The translations under genes were made by a program, and so were the position numbers. A stretch of 64,000 bases of DNA, from positions 18,604,857 to 18,668,856 of the forward strand of contig OZ316893.1 of the NCBI GenBank assembly GCA_973895155.1. The letters run 5' to 3'. The notes below the pieces were generated by a model, which was given only the letters and a program-made list of their open reading frames with translations, did no database searches and was not told where the DNA came from. Of the stretch, positions 1 to 13,200 are shown in pieces (positions within the stretch are counted from its first letter, which is position 1; the number at the start of each line of letters is the position of its first letter). Source of the DNA: Marsupella aquatica. Lineage: Eukaryota > Plantae > Marchantiophyta.

Positions 1-500
1 CTTACGTCTTCAATTATATCTGAGACTGCGCGATTTCCTTGATTCTGGACTGAACTCCTTATGTTGCTTGGATTAGTCAATCTTTTATTCTTTAATCGGC
101 TTTCTTCCATTTGTCTTCTGCATTCTTTTGCTTTGGTTTGTCGAGTTATCCTTTCTCTTAGCTGGTTGACCTGGTTGTTTAGTGATACTGATACTATTGG
201 CTATTCCCACTAGCTGGAGTTCGTTTTGGTTAGTGTTGTACATACTAGTCTGAGCTTTCATTTTCCTTACCCAGAGAATGGGGCATTCTTTGTTACTTAT
301 CTTAATCATTGCTGCGTTCTTTGCTTGACATGGCGCTACCCTCCCTTCTTTTTTTGTTGTTGGTCCATTCTCCCTTTGTGCAACAATCCCATAAGAACCT
401 GCGCACTTCCTCCCCCTTGCCCTCTAATTCTTCGTGCCTTTGGGTTTCACCATCGTTCTCCTTTTGCTAGCTTCCCCTTCGCCCCTCCATCGGCTGATGG

Positions 501-870
501 GGGGTATTTACGAACGACAGGAAACAGGAAACAATAACAGGAAACAGTTACTGGTAATAGGAAAGTGGGTGGTAACTTTTTTGGATTTTTTTCTTTGGAT
601 TTTTTTTGGAAAATTTTTTTTGGGAGAAAAAAAGTTTTTTTGTTTTGGTTTGTCATCATCATATTGCTAGCGCCCGGAGCTAACAATAGCAGTGCTTGGC
701 GCTCGCCAAAAAATGCCACGATTTTAATTATTTTGAAAAATAAGACTTTTAAATGGTACATTTTTAGATCGTATTTTTTACTGGTAACAGTAAAATTTTC
801 CTGGTAACAAGAAACTTTTTGCTGGTACCAGTAAACTTGTTTACTGTTTGCTGTTACGATGGTGATGCCC
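501..870. mobile_element. Mutator-like MITE (non-autonomous TIR element)
   Basis: Flanked by the 9-bp direct repeat GGCTGATGG (492-500 and 871-879). Degenerate inverted termini: left gggtatttacgaacgacaggaaacaggaaacaa...gttactggtaa versus the reverse complement of the right end, gggcatcaccatcgtaacagcaaacagtaaacaagtttactggta. AT-rich core with no credible ORF. Confidence 0.6.
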
Positions 871-2085
871 GGCTGATGGTTCCTTCTCCACGTCTTCATA
901 GCTTCGCTTCCATCGCTCCTCCGCCTTCGCTCCTCTGCCATCCTGTCCTCTCCTCGGGGACTCTATCAAGATTATGCTTCTTTGTGGCTATCTGCCGTCA
1001 TTTGCCAGTTTCATGTTTGATTTGGCCTAATTACTTGAAATCCTCAATGGTTCTGCGAATGACCTCATTTCGACCCCTGTATTGTTTATCCCTAAATTTT
1101 AATCGGCTTTTATCGTGGCAAAAATGTCTGTGAACCGGGAGCCTAGCTAATATCACTTGGTCCACAATATGTTAGAATCAGTCCCTCTTTCTCTAGTTCC
1201 TTCTCTCTTTGATGTGTCGTTAGCACTGAAAATCAAGAATTCAAGTCATCAAGTAATCCATTGGTTGTGGCTCTTTTTGCAGTAGGATGTACAAATTTAT
1301 GAATAGGAAACGGGTGGTGTTCGGTTTTCTACTAATCGGGAACAAGGCATTTTGTCCACAACAAGAAGCTTCAGCTGTGACGAATATTTCTTTGAATAAT
1401 GATTGTGATGTACAGAATGCTTGTGAGCTCAAGGTGCTTGTCTACGTAACATGGACTTTCAACTTTTGGAACGTTTGTATGCATTCAAGTACGTAAACAT
1501 TGCAAACACCTTACACTGAGCTAAGAGAACACAATGAAACTTCGGGCACAAACATTTGGCAAAACCGGAGACAGTGACATTGCTCCAGCAGAACCCTAGC
1601 AGTCAGTTTGTTGACTCTCGACCAATCTCTTCTCTCTCCATGCCAAAGTAACAAAGGAAGAAAATACTAAGATTGAGACAAATACAGACCTCGACAGATA
1701 TGGCGTTCTTACCTTTGGTGCGGATGATTTTGAGTCCGGCAGAAGGCAGCTCCCAAGTTTCACTTCGCGGGGAGGCACCTATCACTTTAATTTGGTTCTT
1801 GGATCTTGTTCCAGTTGTTTCATTTGCTTTTTTTACTGGTGTGAGTGTTACGTGTATTCTCTGATCTGATCGTCAATTGTTCCTATTTATTTCCTTACCC
1901 TTATTATTGTTCCTGTGATCTGCATACTTCCTTTTTATGCTTGGGGGCGTTGAATGAAATATTGCTTGTGGTTATGCTTGCAATAGTGAGGGTTCAATAA
2001 ATATATACTTCTTGAACTTGCGTGGTTACTTATCTTTACTGGGTTGCTGTCCATTGCCTCATTTGTCGCTGATGGTATCGGAGCG

Positions 2086-2431
2086 CAGATGATCGATGGA
2101 CTCTCTTCCTTGTAACCGTCAATAGCCTGGATCATTCCTTCTTTTTATCTTCCTTCACCTTCTGCGTTTTGGGATCTGCATCCTTGAAATTCACTCTTCT
2201 TGTTCTATTCCCTCTCTCACTTGTGCCGTCATTCTGCCGCCATCTTCATTACTCGTATTCCTCCCTTCATTTGCTGTTCCTTACCCTCCATCGCTCGGGC
2301 CCTCCATCGCCAGCTCCAAACCAGCTTACCACAGATGATGGACTCTCTTCCTTGTAACCGTCAATAGCCTGGATCATTCCTTTTTTTATCTTCTGTCACC
2401 TACTGCGTTTCTGGATCTGCATCCTTGAAAT
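2086..2431. repeat. ~100-bp direct repeat (2086-2190 and 2331-2431)
   Basis: gatggactctcttccttgtaaccgtcaatagcctggatcattcc...ggatctgcatccttgaaat occurs twice. Confidence 0.85.
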
Positions 2432-2699
2432 CCTCCCATGTCTCGATCTAATGCACTTTTGGCAGAGGTACACCAGGCATGTTGGGAGTTCTTGCAAGAG
2501 GATCTGGTAGTGATGATACAGGATTTTTGGTTGACTGGGAACCTGGCAAGAGGAATCAAGGAGGAGACCAAAAAGTACTAAAACAAAGGGAATCAAAGGG
2601 AAGGGGGGCGGGGGATTTCGGGTGGATTGTTGAGCTTTGAAAAGGAAAGAATGATAAGAACAAAGAAAAAAATCATTGTCGATGTGTTATACTTTGGTG

Positions 2700-4029
2700 G
2701 TTGATGTCGCCTCTCTTTTGAGTCATGGTATCTTTTACTCAATGACATCATTTATGCAATGATATCTTTCTAACAAACAAAATCTTTTACTCAAACTATC
2801 TTTTGCAACATGGTAAATTTTCTCAACTACATCTTTAGCACAACCTCATCTATTACGCATTGACATCTTTTGACAAACAATATCTTTTAGTAAATTACAT
2901 GTTTTGCGCAATGATGTCTTTTACTTTATGATTCTTTTGAGTAACCACATATTTTACTTGACAACATCTTTTACTTAATGACATCTTTTCCTTAATAACA
3001 ACATCTTTTACTTAATGACATATTTTGAGCAACCCCATAGTTACTTAACAATGTCTTTTACTTAACAACGTCCCATCTTTTACTTAACAACATCCCGTCT
3101 TTTACTTAACAACGTCCCGTCTTTTACTTAACAACATCCCATCTTTTACTTAACAACATCTTTTACTTAACAATATCTTTTACTTAACAACATCTTTTAC
3201 TTAACAATATCTTTTGCGCAATAACATATTTATTAGTGACATCTTTTGGACAACCACATATTTTACTTAACAACACCTTTTGCATAACATCTTTTACTTA
3301 AGGACATCTTTAATGCAATGACATGTTTACGCAACAACATCTTCTGTGTATGTGACCTCAAGATCTTTTCTCATCTTGACATATTTTCCACACCTTGAGA
3401 TCTTTTCTCACCTTGACATATATTTTATCTTTTTCTCATTTTGCCATCTTTTTCTCACCTTACCATCTTTATCTCACCACAACATCATTCCCTCACCCTC
3501 AACATTTTTTTCTCCTTGACATTTCTTCCTCATCTTGACATTTCTTCCTCATCTTGACATCTTTTTCTCACCTCATCATCTTTTCTCTCCTTGACATCTT
3601 TTTCTCACCTTGGCATGTTTTTATCTCATTGACATCTTTTCCTCATCACGCCATCTTATGTGAAACTTTTGTCTTAACGACATCTTTTTTACTTAACATC
3701 TTGGGCGCCATGATGTCTCTTTTCTTAAGGACATCTTGGGTGCAAAGACATTTTTTTTCTTAATGATATCTTGGCTAACACTATATATTTTTTCTTAATG
3801 ACACCTTGGACGACACGACATCTTTTTTCTTAACAATATCTTGGGCGACATGACATTTTTTTTCTTAAGGACATCTTGGGTGCCACTACATCATTTTTCT
3901 TAGCGATATCTTGGTTTTTCTTCACAACATCTTGGGCAACACCATATTTTTTTCTTAAAAATATCTTGGGCGACACCACATCTTTTTTCTTCATGACATC
4001 TTTTGTGCAACACACGAGTATTGAGCTAG
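2700..4029 (+). mobile_element. Helitron 3' region: ACATCTTTT-based minisatellite arrays ending in a hairpin + CTAG terminus
   Basis: Tandem units of about 18-35 bp (acatcttttacttaaca; ttgacatcttttctcacc; gacatcttggg...). They end in tgtgcaacacacgagtattgagCTAG|T (CTAG 4026-4029), matching the plant Helitron CGTGCAACGCACG hairpin-CTAG 3' end. Confidence 0.65.
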
Positions 4030-5837
4030 TTTACTTTTATAATATGCAATGCCGCCAAAAAATTCTTTCGTCTGCTTACAAATTCAGAAATGGAGGGAAC
4101 AAACCTCAGCCATCAGATTTTTTCAAAGATTTTTTTGTACTCTTGGATTGATTGACCAGGTATGTCAAATTATATACTCATTTTAATAGTAAAATACAAA
4201 GTATAGGAGATTTTACTGATCTGACATCTTATATGAGAAGATATTTATGTGACATCATCTTAAATGAGTTTTTTTAAGTATGAAAGTACACACAAATGGA
4301 AGGAGAATCTTTTGGGCCATGAGAAATTTTTGGATTTTTGCAAAGCCTATGAGACTCTAGAAGGAAGGAAATGGGTTAATTTTATATTTTTTTTCTTCTC
4401 TGTATTTAGTTGTACATTTTCCTGGTTGTTTAATGGTGCCAATGTAAGAAAAAAAAGGGACTAATGGTTTTTCATAGGAGTGTAGAAATAGGAAAAAGGG
4501 GGAGAGAAAAAATTGAAATACTCCCCTCCGAATAGTATCAAAGCACCCGGGGGCCATCATCTCTCTTGCACTCCTCTCACCCTTGCTCTCCCCAACAATA
4601 TAGTTTTCACAACAAAAAAACATTTTCTTCCAAAATTAAAAAAAAATGCAAAAGCAAAAGCAAAGTCAACAATTTTTACATGTTTTGATTACATTTTTTG
4701 TTTTTTGTTTTATGTTTTGTAGAAGAATGGTCCCAAATTTGTTATTCCATCTAAACCTCCAACATTCTCTTTGAAAATCTTTTCAAAAAATGCATCTTTA
4801 ATGAAGGCCAAGAAGATCAAGCTCCCAACATCTTTTCTCCACAAGACATGTATTGCTTGACATGCCCTCATCTCTATTAGTCTCACTTTTGCCCTAATTC
4901 TTTTCCAAGTCGGGAGCCCAGCTCTTTGCCCCCATTTGCATCTTTTGTCCAATTTTTTGTTCCATCTTTTGTATCATTAACAATAAAGATTTCTTGCCCA
5001 ACTCTTTCCCGCGTACTCTCATTACCCATTTGCGCCTTATCCCATATTTTTGTGTTGACTTGAATTACACTATTTTGAACAAGATCTCCGCATTGACAAC
5101 ACTTTTCACATGAAATGGGCAAGAAAGAATTATGGAAAACCCAATATTGTTAGTTTGATCCACCTAAAAACCCCAGCTTTTAATCAACAGTTCTTTACCT
5201 TATCTCAATGTATCTATGCAATGCGTGGGCATCAGGCTTGGCAATTACAACATGGCCGCAAGACCAGCGTAGCCACAACACACTCATGGCCAGAGTGACT
5301 CCATCATCATAATGATGAGATGGTTGCAACAACATATGACATGTCTAAACAACTTTCTTGCCTCGCTTACATTAATTTGCATTATTTACATTTCTTTGGC
5401 TCACTTGCATCTATTTGCATTTCTTTGCCTCAAGTCACCCCAAATCTTTGCCTCTGCAATGTACATTTAAAAATGCCTCAACATTTTTGTCTTCTTTTGC
5501 CTTGACATCTTTGCCTTGCCAAAAAACCTTTTGCTTATCTCAAAATGTTTTTATCTCCTTCACTCACATCGACATCTTTTCTCTCCTCAATTTTTTTCTC
5601 ATCTCAACATCTTTTTCTCTCTTTGACATATTTTCTCACCTCAACATTTTTTGCTCACCTCAACATTTTTTGCTCATCTTGGCATCTTTTGTTCACCTTG
5701 GCATATTTTTCTCTCCTTGAAATCTTTTCTCATCTCAACATCTATTTCTCTCCTCAACATCTTTTGCTTACCTGGACATCTTTTGCTCACCTGGACATCT
5801 TTTCTCTCCTTTACATGTTTTATCACCTTGACATCTT

Positions 5838-6207
5838 TGTTAGGTATTTACTCATGGTCTAGGGTTACGACATGTAACCGTAGTTAGGCTAACCATAGTT
5901 GGAGACGTAGTTAGGCTAACCATAGTCGGAGACGTGGTTAGGTTAACTAGGATGCACACTATATGCCAAGCGGTGTTTGCTTGGATAAGTGGAACTTAGG
6001 CTCATTCTTATGGAGCCACTTGAGAGATGAGGAGAGCTTACACTGTGGAGACTTGGTATGGCCGACGGGCTTAGAGTTCAGTAAAGCTCTCTTGTGTGTT
6101 CCTGTGGACGTAGCCTCGAGGAGGTGAACCACGTATCTCTTGTGTCGACTACTTGCGCGTTGGATATGTCATGTGCTTACCGTTACAAGTGTCGTCTATG
6201 CTCAACA
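5838..6207 (+). mobile_element. Solo LTR of the Copia family also seen at 18503-21591 and 30621-31104
   Basis: TGTTAG...CAACA termini and perfect 5-bp TSD ATCTT (5833-5837 and 6208-6212). The internal sequence is the reverse complement of the LTRs at 18503 and 30621. Confidence 0.9.
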
Positions 6208-6586
6208 ATCTTTTCCTCAACTTGAAACTTTTATCACCTTGACATCTTTTTTTCTCTCTGTGACATCTTTTGTCACCTCGACATCTTTTGTCACCTCAAC
6301 ATCTTTCGTGCAATGCACGGGCATTGGATTCTTGCAGGAAAATATTTATCACCTTGACATCTTTTATCACTTGGACATCTTTTGCTTACCTTGATAGTTT
6401 TCTCTCCTCGACATCTTTTATTCACTTTGACATCATTATTTATCTCATTGACATCTTTTGTCACCTCAACATCATTCATGCAACGCACGGGCATTGAGTT
6501 CTTGCAAGAAAACATCCAGGGACCCTTACATTTATCCCATGGATTTTGTTGACATTTGACAAATCACTTCCTTTTTTATTACATAG

Positions 6587-6818
6587 AGTCCAATTTCCCA
6601 TTCGAGTGGCATATACAATGATCATAAACAAAGCTCAAGGTTAGACTTTAGAACATGTAGGGTTATAGCTTTCAAAGCCTGTATTTAGTCACGAATAGTT
6701 GTATGTAGATTTTTTAAGGGCAACATCTCCTACAACTATCAAGCTTTTACTTTTGGATTTCGAGGAGGATCAAGCAAGGTTGAAAAAAATTACTGTATAT
6801 CATGAGGTTCTTTATTGA
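6587..6818 (+). pseudogene. Helitron RepHel PIF1-like helicase C-terminal remnant
   Basis: Manual translation [44 protein letters not shown] matches the QFPxRxAFAMTINKSQGQTL...PVFSHGQLYVALSR motifs, with in-frame stops. Confidence 0.85.
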
Positions 6819-7152
6819 ACAAGTGAATAAAGATTGTATCACTTTTGTATTAATCTGTTTGACTTTTTGCCTAAATTATATGTTTGCAATGCACAACCTT
6901 GTTTGCCTCGCCTCAAAATCTTACCCTCACCTTCACATCTTGCCCTCACCTCAACATCTTGCCCTCTCCTCAAAATCCCTCTCCTCGACATCTTGCCCTC
7001 ACCTTGACAACTTGCCCTCTCCTCGACATCTTTCTCTCAACTCAACACTTGCCCTCCCCTGGACATCTTGCCCTCGCCTCCAAATCTTACCCTCACCTCG
7101 ACATCTTGCCCTCACTCAAAGTCTTTCGTGCAACACACAGGCATGGGGCTAG

Positions 7153-8870
7153 TGACTATATAATATGGGAGACAATGCACCTATTAGGAATCAATGGGAA
7201 CTTCATTAAACTTGGTGCAAGCACTGTTAAAGCATGCCACATCGAGGGTACACTTGAATGGAATGCTCTCAATGGATATCGGGCTCAAACAGGGGGTAAA
7301 CAACTGAAGGCTGCCCTCTCTCACCCTTGCTCTTTGTGATCTCCACACAACCATTGATGGACTACATGGATACTTGCTGCAGGTAGGTTAGATGGGATAA
7401 AGGTCTCGGAGTCACGGGCAATCTGTTCTATATTCTTTGCGGATGATCTGGGAATGTTTATCCCAGCCACTGAGAGGAGCTTTCAATGGGTAACATTGGT
7501 ACTGAAATGTTATGAAGCTGCTACTGGGGCTCTTCTCAACCTGCAGAAATTGGTTGTGATACCCTTGGCAATGACGAACATGCCTATGTGGCTCAGGGAT
7601 ATTGAGTGTGTGATAAGTGGTAACGAAGAGCTACAGAAATACCTGGGGGCACCAATGGGGGTTGACCTGAAAACTAGAACAGTTGCACAACTACGTTCTA
7701 GATAAAATTGGGCAGAGATTAGCATCTTGGGCAAACAAGATGCTGACATTCACAGGACGATCTTTTTGGCAAGACATGTACTGCAGGAAATTCCGATCTA
7801 TCATAAAATAGTTCTCAAAGTATCAATTGGTCTGGCAAAGAAAATGATAGCAATTATGTGTAGGGACTTTCCGTGGGCCTACAATAAGGAAAGAGGCAGA
7901 CGGGTACCACTGGTTTCTTGGGCCCACATCTCACGCCCTAAGGTGGATGGGGGGCTTGGAAATAAGGATTTTCGAAGCCATTTGGATGCATTACTTGCCA
8001 AATGGTTTACCGGTGCTATGGATGCTCCTGGATCGAAATGGGCCTGTATGTTTGCTAAAAACTTGAATTTGATTGGATGGACTAATTTCAAAGTGGTAAG
8101 AAGAAATAAGTACTCATTTCAAGATAAGATGCTGCTTTGTAGTCCAGGGATCTTGCATGGCTTAGCTTATATTGGTGGGCTTTGGAAAGCCTAGGAACTG
8201 CTCCGACCAAATTTGATCTTTTGCCCAATGGAACGGATACCAGGACGCTGGTCTGTTGGGATTTGCTCAGATGTTTGAGGGGCTTTCAGGCATGGAGTAA
8301 CAAGGATATGGCTCTGTTATGGTGCTATGTGGGAGACTGGGCATTAGGTGTACACAGGGGGAAAGAATGGAATGGAGAAGGATGGGAGCATTTGCAAGGA
8401 TTCTCACCCGAGCACCGGATTCTAGGTAACAAGTTCATTGGCATTGAACTATGTGAGTGGGGATACGAGCCAGACCCTTGCTGCTGGTGCTGGGCGGACA
8501 ACCTTGCCCCACTGAAGTGCTTTAGAATTCCTAATGGTCAAGCATTCAGGAGCTCCGGCCTGTGATAAGTGATGCACCCAGCCTGAACCGGACTTGGGAA
8601 TTGGCAAGGATTTGATGATTGGAGTGCTGGTTGGGCTGGTATCAGGCGCTCAAAACTGTCCATGAGAGCGAAGACTTTCATGTGGAGAATAATTGCATCT
8701 GGTTTATTCACAGGAGTGAGAGCTATTAAGATCAACAAGGGAAATGGAGAGTGCAAGTTGTTTCCTGGGATCCTTGAATCCATCCCCCACCTATTCATTG
8801 ACTGTGCACTTGCGCGGAAACATTTGTGGGTAACGTTGGGGGTTTGATTGAGATGGTTGATGCCACTATA
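7153..8870 (+). mobile_element. L1-clade LINE ORF2 fragment (RT C-terminal half to zf-RVT), decayed
   Basis: DYIIWETM, FADDLG, KYLGAPMG, RPKVDGGLG and KTFMWRI...ESIPHLFIDC motifs, homologous to ORF2 at 59472-63400. Many frameshifts. Begins immediately after the Helitron CTAG. Confidence 0.88.
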
Positions 8871-9053
8871 GAAAGGAACCCAGGTAAGATTGCAATGTTG
8901 TTAGTGCTTTACTAGATTTTGTGGACGCTACAGCTTGGACTAATTTTTCACAGAGAACTACTTTTAAATTTTATTTCATTTATAATACTCTATTTAATCT
9001 TTGTACTCTTATTTATCTATTCAAGTGTGCAACTCTTCATAGCTCCAGCTTAC

Positions 9054-9400
9054 AAAACCAAGGGATACTTAACTAATTTGGTTGTTCATTTCTTTTCTGT
9101 TGTAGCTATTTTGATATTTATCAAGCATCGTCCTCAAATTGATCATGACTGTAGTATTCAAAACTGAGAAAGAAACCAAGGGATACTTAAACTAATTTGG
9201 TTGTTCATTTCTTTTTTTTTGTAGCTATGTTGATTTTTATCAAACATCGTCCTCAAATTGACCACGACAATAATCGTGCATCCACCCGCATGACTAGTAT
9301 TCAAAACTGAGAAAGAACAAGCTCCTGACTGCTAGCTGCTAGCTTGAACAAAGTATTCGAAACTGAGAAAGAACAAGCTCCTGACTGCTAGCTTGAACAC
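9054..9400. repeat. Local tandem duplications (~120 bp and ~55-60 bp units)
   Basis: aaaccaagggatactta...cgtcctcaaattga occurs twice, and aaactgagaaagaacaagctcctgactgctagc occurs twice. Confidence 0.8.
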
Positions 9401-10275
9401 ACGTATATGACACAACTGTTCCACTTTCGTGAGTAAAAACTGCGAGTTGGAAGGTGCACTAGCTCTGGCTGTGGCTCAGCCAGCAGATAGGCAGAGCCAA
9501 TGGAGGTCCCCGAACAGTTTTTGCAGAAGCTTCTATCAGTCATTCTTGATGCTTGATCAGTCATGTTCATGTTCGGGAGTGAAAATCACATCTTGTACTT
9601 TGTAACACTAAACTATTTCCTCCCATGAAACGACCTAAAATTAAACAACTACTTGGTGCTTTGAACCTTGTGATTAGTGCGTGAGATCACTGCCCAGACC
9701 ACTAGTGTGAAATCATCACTGAGCTTTGTCAAACCAAAACTGTCTAAACCTTAGTTTCATTTTTCTTGGGTATGAAGAGGGTAAGGTGAGTTATAAAGAC
9801 CAATGCAAGATCCCGAAACTATCCAGCTCGATGCAACATTTAACTCACGAGAGCCTCAAAAATGAAAGTCATCTGCAAGAAAAAGTGTCTCTTCGGTTGG
9901 ATACTGTGAACTCGGGTCATTTCGTGAAGAATCTAGGATTCTAGACGTAAAAAGGGGACAAGGTCTAAAGTCAACAACTTTTAGAATCAATTTCACTCCA
10001 TCGACGTGAAAGGCCTGGGATCGATTTCACTTCGATGGAGGCCTTCGACAGAAATAGCCTGGGATCGAACTTTTAGAAGCTATTTCTGTGTCGCTACATA
10101 GCTTTGAACTGAATGAAGTTTCTCAAGCTCCCAACACCTGCTGCCGCTAATTATAGGTTGTTCTACTGTTGCTTTCCATGAAGGAATAGAGTGGCTAAAC
10201 TTTTTCCTATACAGCATTGATTTCTAGATAATCTGAAGTAGATGAATGCACATTGTCAAAGACAGTTCCAGAACC

Positions 10276-13200
10276 CTATCCAGCTCTGAGAAACCATCCC
10301 TGAACGTAGCCAAGGGGAGTTTGTAGAAAAGGTGCAAAACGCTGTATTAAAGGATTAACACGAGCCCCAAATTTGGACCACGCCTCTCGATGATATCGAG
10401 AACTCGTTGGAGAATGATACTTCAGCTTCAAGAGCTATTCAAATAACGGAAAAAAACTCATCAAAAATTTCACACACATCCCAGTTTTCACCAAATCGAC
10501 AAATCTCGAAGCACGTACTATCAACGGACAGCTGACTTGACGAGCACGCAAATGATAGGCTAAGATGCCCACCTGCCAATACACCAACGCCTGTACCATA
10601 TTCCGTTGAGGCCTGCAGATACCACCGTTGATACAAACAGATTTCGGTCAAAATTTCAGATCAGATTAAAGACCCTACAAAATAAGAACTTGCTAAACCT
10701 TTAGTTGAGAACGAACAATAACTGCCATCAGCAATTCTTCATGAAGGACAGTAGATTAGCCTCGCGGGATAGGTGCTTCAAGATGCTCTAAAACCACGGA
10801 ATACTGTAACACAGAAAATGAGAAACTGGTGCTAACAAGGGTCAAAGACTGGTCAAAGATAGTAGGCCAGCTTACGTGATCATCAGGACAACGAGAAGAA
10901 AGCCTAACCCAACCTCGGAGTTGGCACTGAGGCCACGAAGGGCTGTCACGTTGGACTCCACAAACAAACAGGGCTTGGCCAAGACCTTTCTGTGGTCCAT
11001 ACATCACCACAGACACCAATCATGAGGGCCTCATAAACTATTGACAAGTGGACGAGACCAACCCACTGAACAAGGAACCTTCTCCAGTCAGAACAATGAT
11101 CTTTAAGAGTTGCAAGGATAAACAATAATCTCTACACTGGCCAAAGAATCCTCGCCAGCGACAGTTGTGATTCCAAATTTTACACCTGGTACTAAACCTC
11201 TCAGCTCTCCAACACGAGTGGACGACTTCGGATGTACCTGTAAAGTTCAGTGCTGCTAAAGTTGCGCTTCAAGTAAGGTGCTACTTGCTCAAGTGACCGA
11301 CAAGCAACAGGCAGCACCGCATCTACATCAGGCAGGTCTTCAGGTAAATCCTAAGATTTGGGGAAAGCACACCTCTGTCAACATAGGAATGTCCATGAAA
11401 TCTGCAGAATTTTTTTTAAGTCCAGTACTATTACGGTGCAAAACATTTGATCGCACTGACACCTAATTGAAAGATTGAGTCAGGAAACGAAAATGTAGCT
11501 CCAAAAGGCTGCGTAAATCTCTCCAAAATCCCTGCAAGAACATGTAAAGCGTCCACCCTAATAAGCTGCCTTAACTTCTGTCTCCCACACTACATTTGAA
11601 GAAGCAGGGCAATAATCAGCTGGAAGTTGAATGCGATCTACTCACATTTGATTGGCACAGAAGCCGATGCAAAAACAATACAGTATAGCATTTGGAGGAA
11701 ATCGCTTCCCATCACAACTAATTGCAGCCATGTCTGTAGTCCATTCAGGTTCCAACTGTGTGGTATCTGGAAGGAAGTCCGTTCACTTGTAAGCAGAAAG
11801 CCTTAAACCTTCAAGACCCTTACCGGCACTTCCTAGAGCTACTACAACAACTTTGTCAAGGTGCTGATGAAACGCCGTTTGAACTTTTAGTGCAAGTAGT
11901 ATGGATCGATTCCTAAGTAGTTACATCCGGTACCGGCCAGTGAATCCATGCCCTTGCTGACTACAACATGAGAGACAGGTTGCACAGGATAACTATGCGT
12001 TTAGGTCGCAACTTGGGATTACACGTTGATGGCATTTACAAGGTCCCGGTTCATATACCTCGGCAAGTGGATAAACATATCACTTTAAGCTGCTGCAGAA
12101 CTTAAACTCATCCTTGACTCAACCCGAATACCAACACGACAGATTATCCCGCTCAGATGAAAACACTTACCACCCCTAAATAACCGTACAGGCAGATGTA
12201 TCTACATCATCTAATTCTGCAGAATGGGTGAAACTCATTCTAAAGATTGCATTTAAAATGTATTACCCCATATTGGCTGTACAGGGAGTGTGCACAGGCC
12301 AGTGCTGTGCCCACCAAAGCAAAGCGGTAAGCACGATCACCAAGTCCTCGGGGTACAAATGGGAACATGGTCAGAATCGTCATAATTAGTACCTGCATGA
12401 ATTCAGAAGGAGTCCCAAAAGCCCGCGTCAGTAATCTACACAACATGTTCAGGCCACTTCACGGATCAATTGGATAGTACAACAATTGTGACAAATGGAG
12501 GGGAGGATATCAACCCTGAGTGGACATGCCAGCTACTTAATGCACAATACAAGCTCTTCGAAGGTTTTTCGACATACCCAAGCATTGGCCAAAAATTGGA
12601 CGGATTGGCGGTCAAGGCTTAGAAGTCCATTTGATACGGGAGTAGCTCGAGGTGGTACTCCTCTGCTTGTTGTCCCTCCACCTTGAGTCTGAGAACTTAA
12701 TTGTGGTGCTGAAATTGGATTTGAAATTCAGTGAGAAAGATATGGGAAAGAATTTAACTCATTCCAAGGTTGCTTCATCCACTACTGGAAGTATTTGTGG
12801 TCACTCTTTGGCAAGAGATGGATGCTTATATCAGAAAAATGGCACTCTTACTTCTAAATGGCAAAAGTTACATTCAAGAGGGACTTTGGTGACCTGGATT
12901 GACTGGTCGACGCCGCTCTGCTGAGGATGAGGATGATGTGCTTGATGGCAGTCTTTTGTTGGAGGTTGAAAGTGGCTCCACTTGAAGTTCAGAGTCCTGA
13001 GTTTAAAGCCAAAGGATGACAATCAGAAAATACCATCAAAGAGACTCAACGCAAATTCTAGTTCAAATGGTATAAGGCGCCATAAGAACAGACGGCCCTA
13101 AATTGACTCTCATGCCTGAAGCCCCAGCTATATGAACTAAAAAAGGGACCAATCCGGACCCGGACTACAGAGATAGCGGAGAAACAAGATAATGAGGGCA

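Larger units (their letters stand above)
5480..7152 (+). mobile_element. Helitron 3' portion (minisatellites, helicase remnant, 3' terminus)
   Basis: Same GACATCTT minisatellites as 2700-4029, a helicase remnant at 6587-6818, and terminal cgtgcaacacacaggcatggggCTAG|T (CTAG 7149-7152). Confidence 0.75.

Noticed and set aside
1260-1600. Possible captured gene fragment
   Set aside because: Multiple stops and no recognisable motif. Cannot be supported without a homology search.
2730-4000. Regular short repeats resembling a CRISPR array
   Set aside because: No unique spacers or cas genes. This is a degenerate eukaryotic minisatellite tied to Helitron ends.
5415-7152. Hydrophobic F/L/S/H-rich ORFs in the ORF track
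   Set aside because: These are translations of pyrimidine-rich minisatellites.
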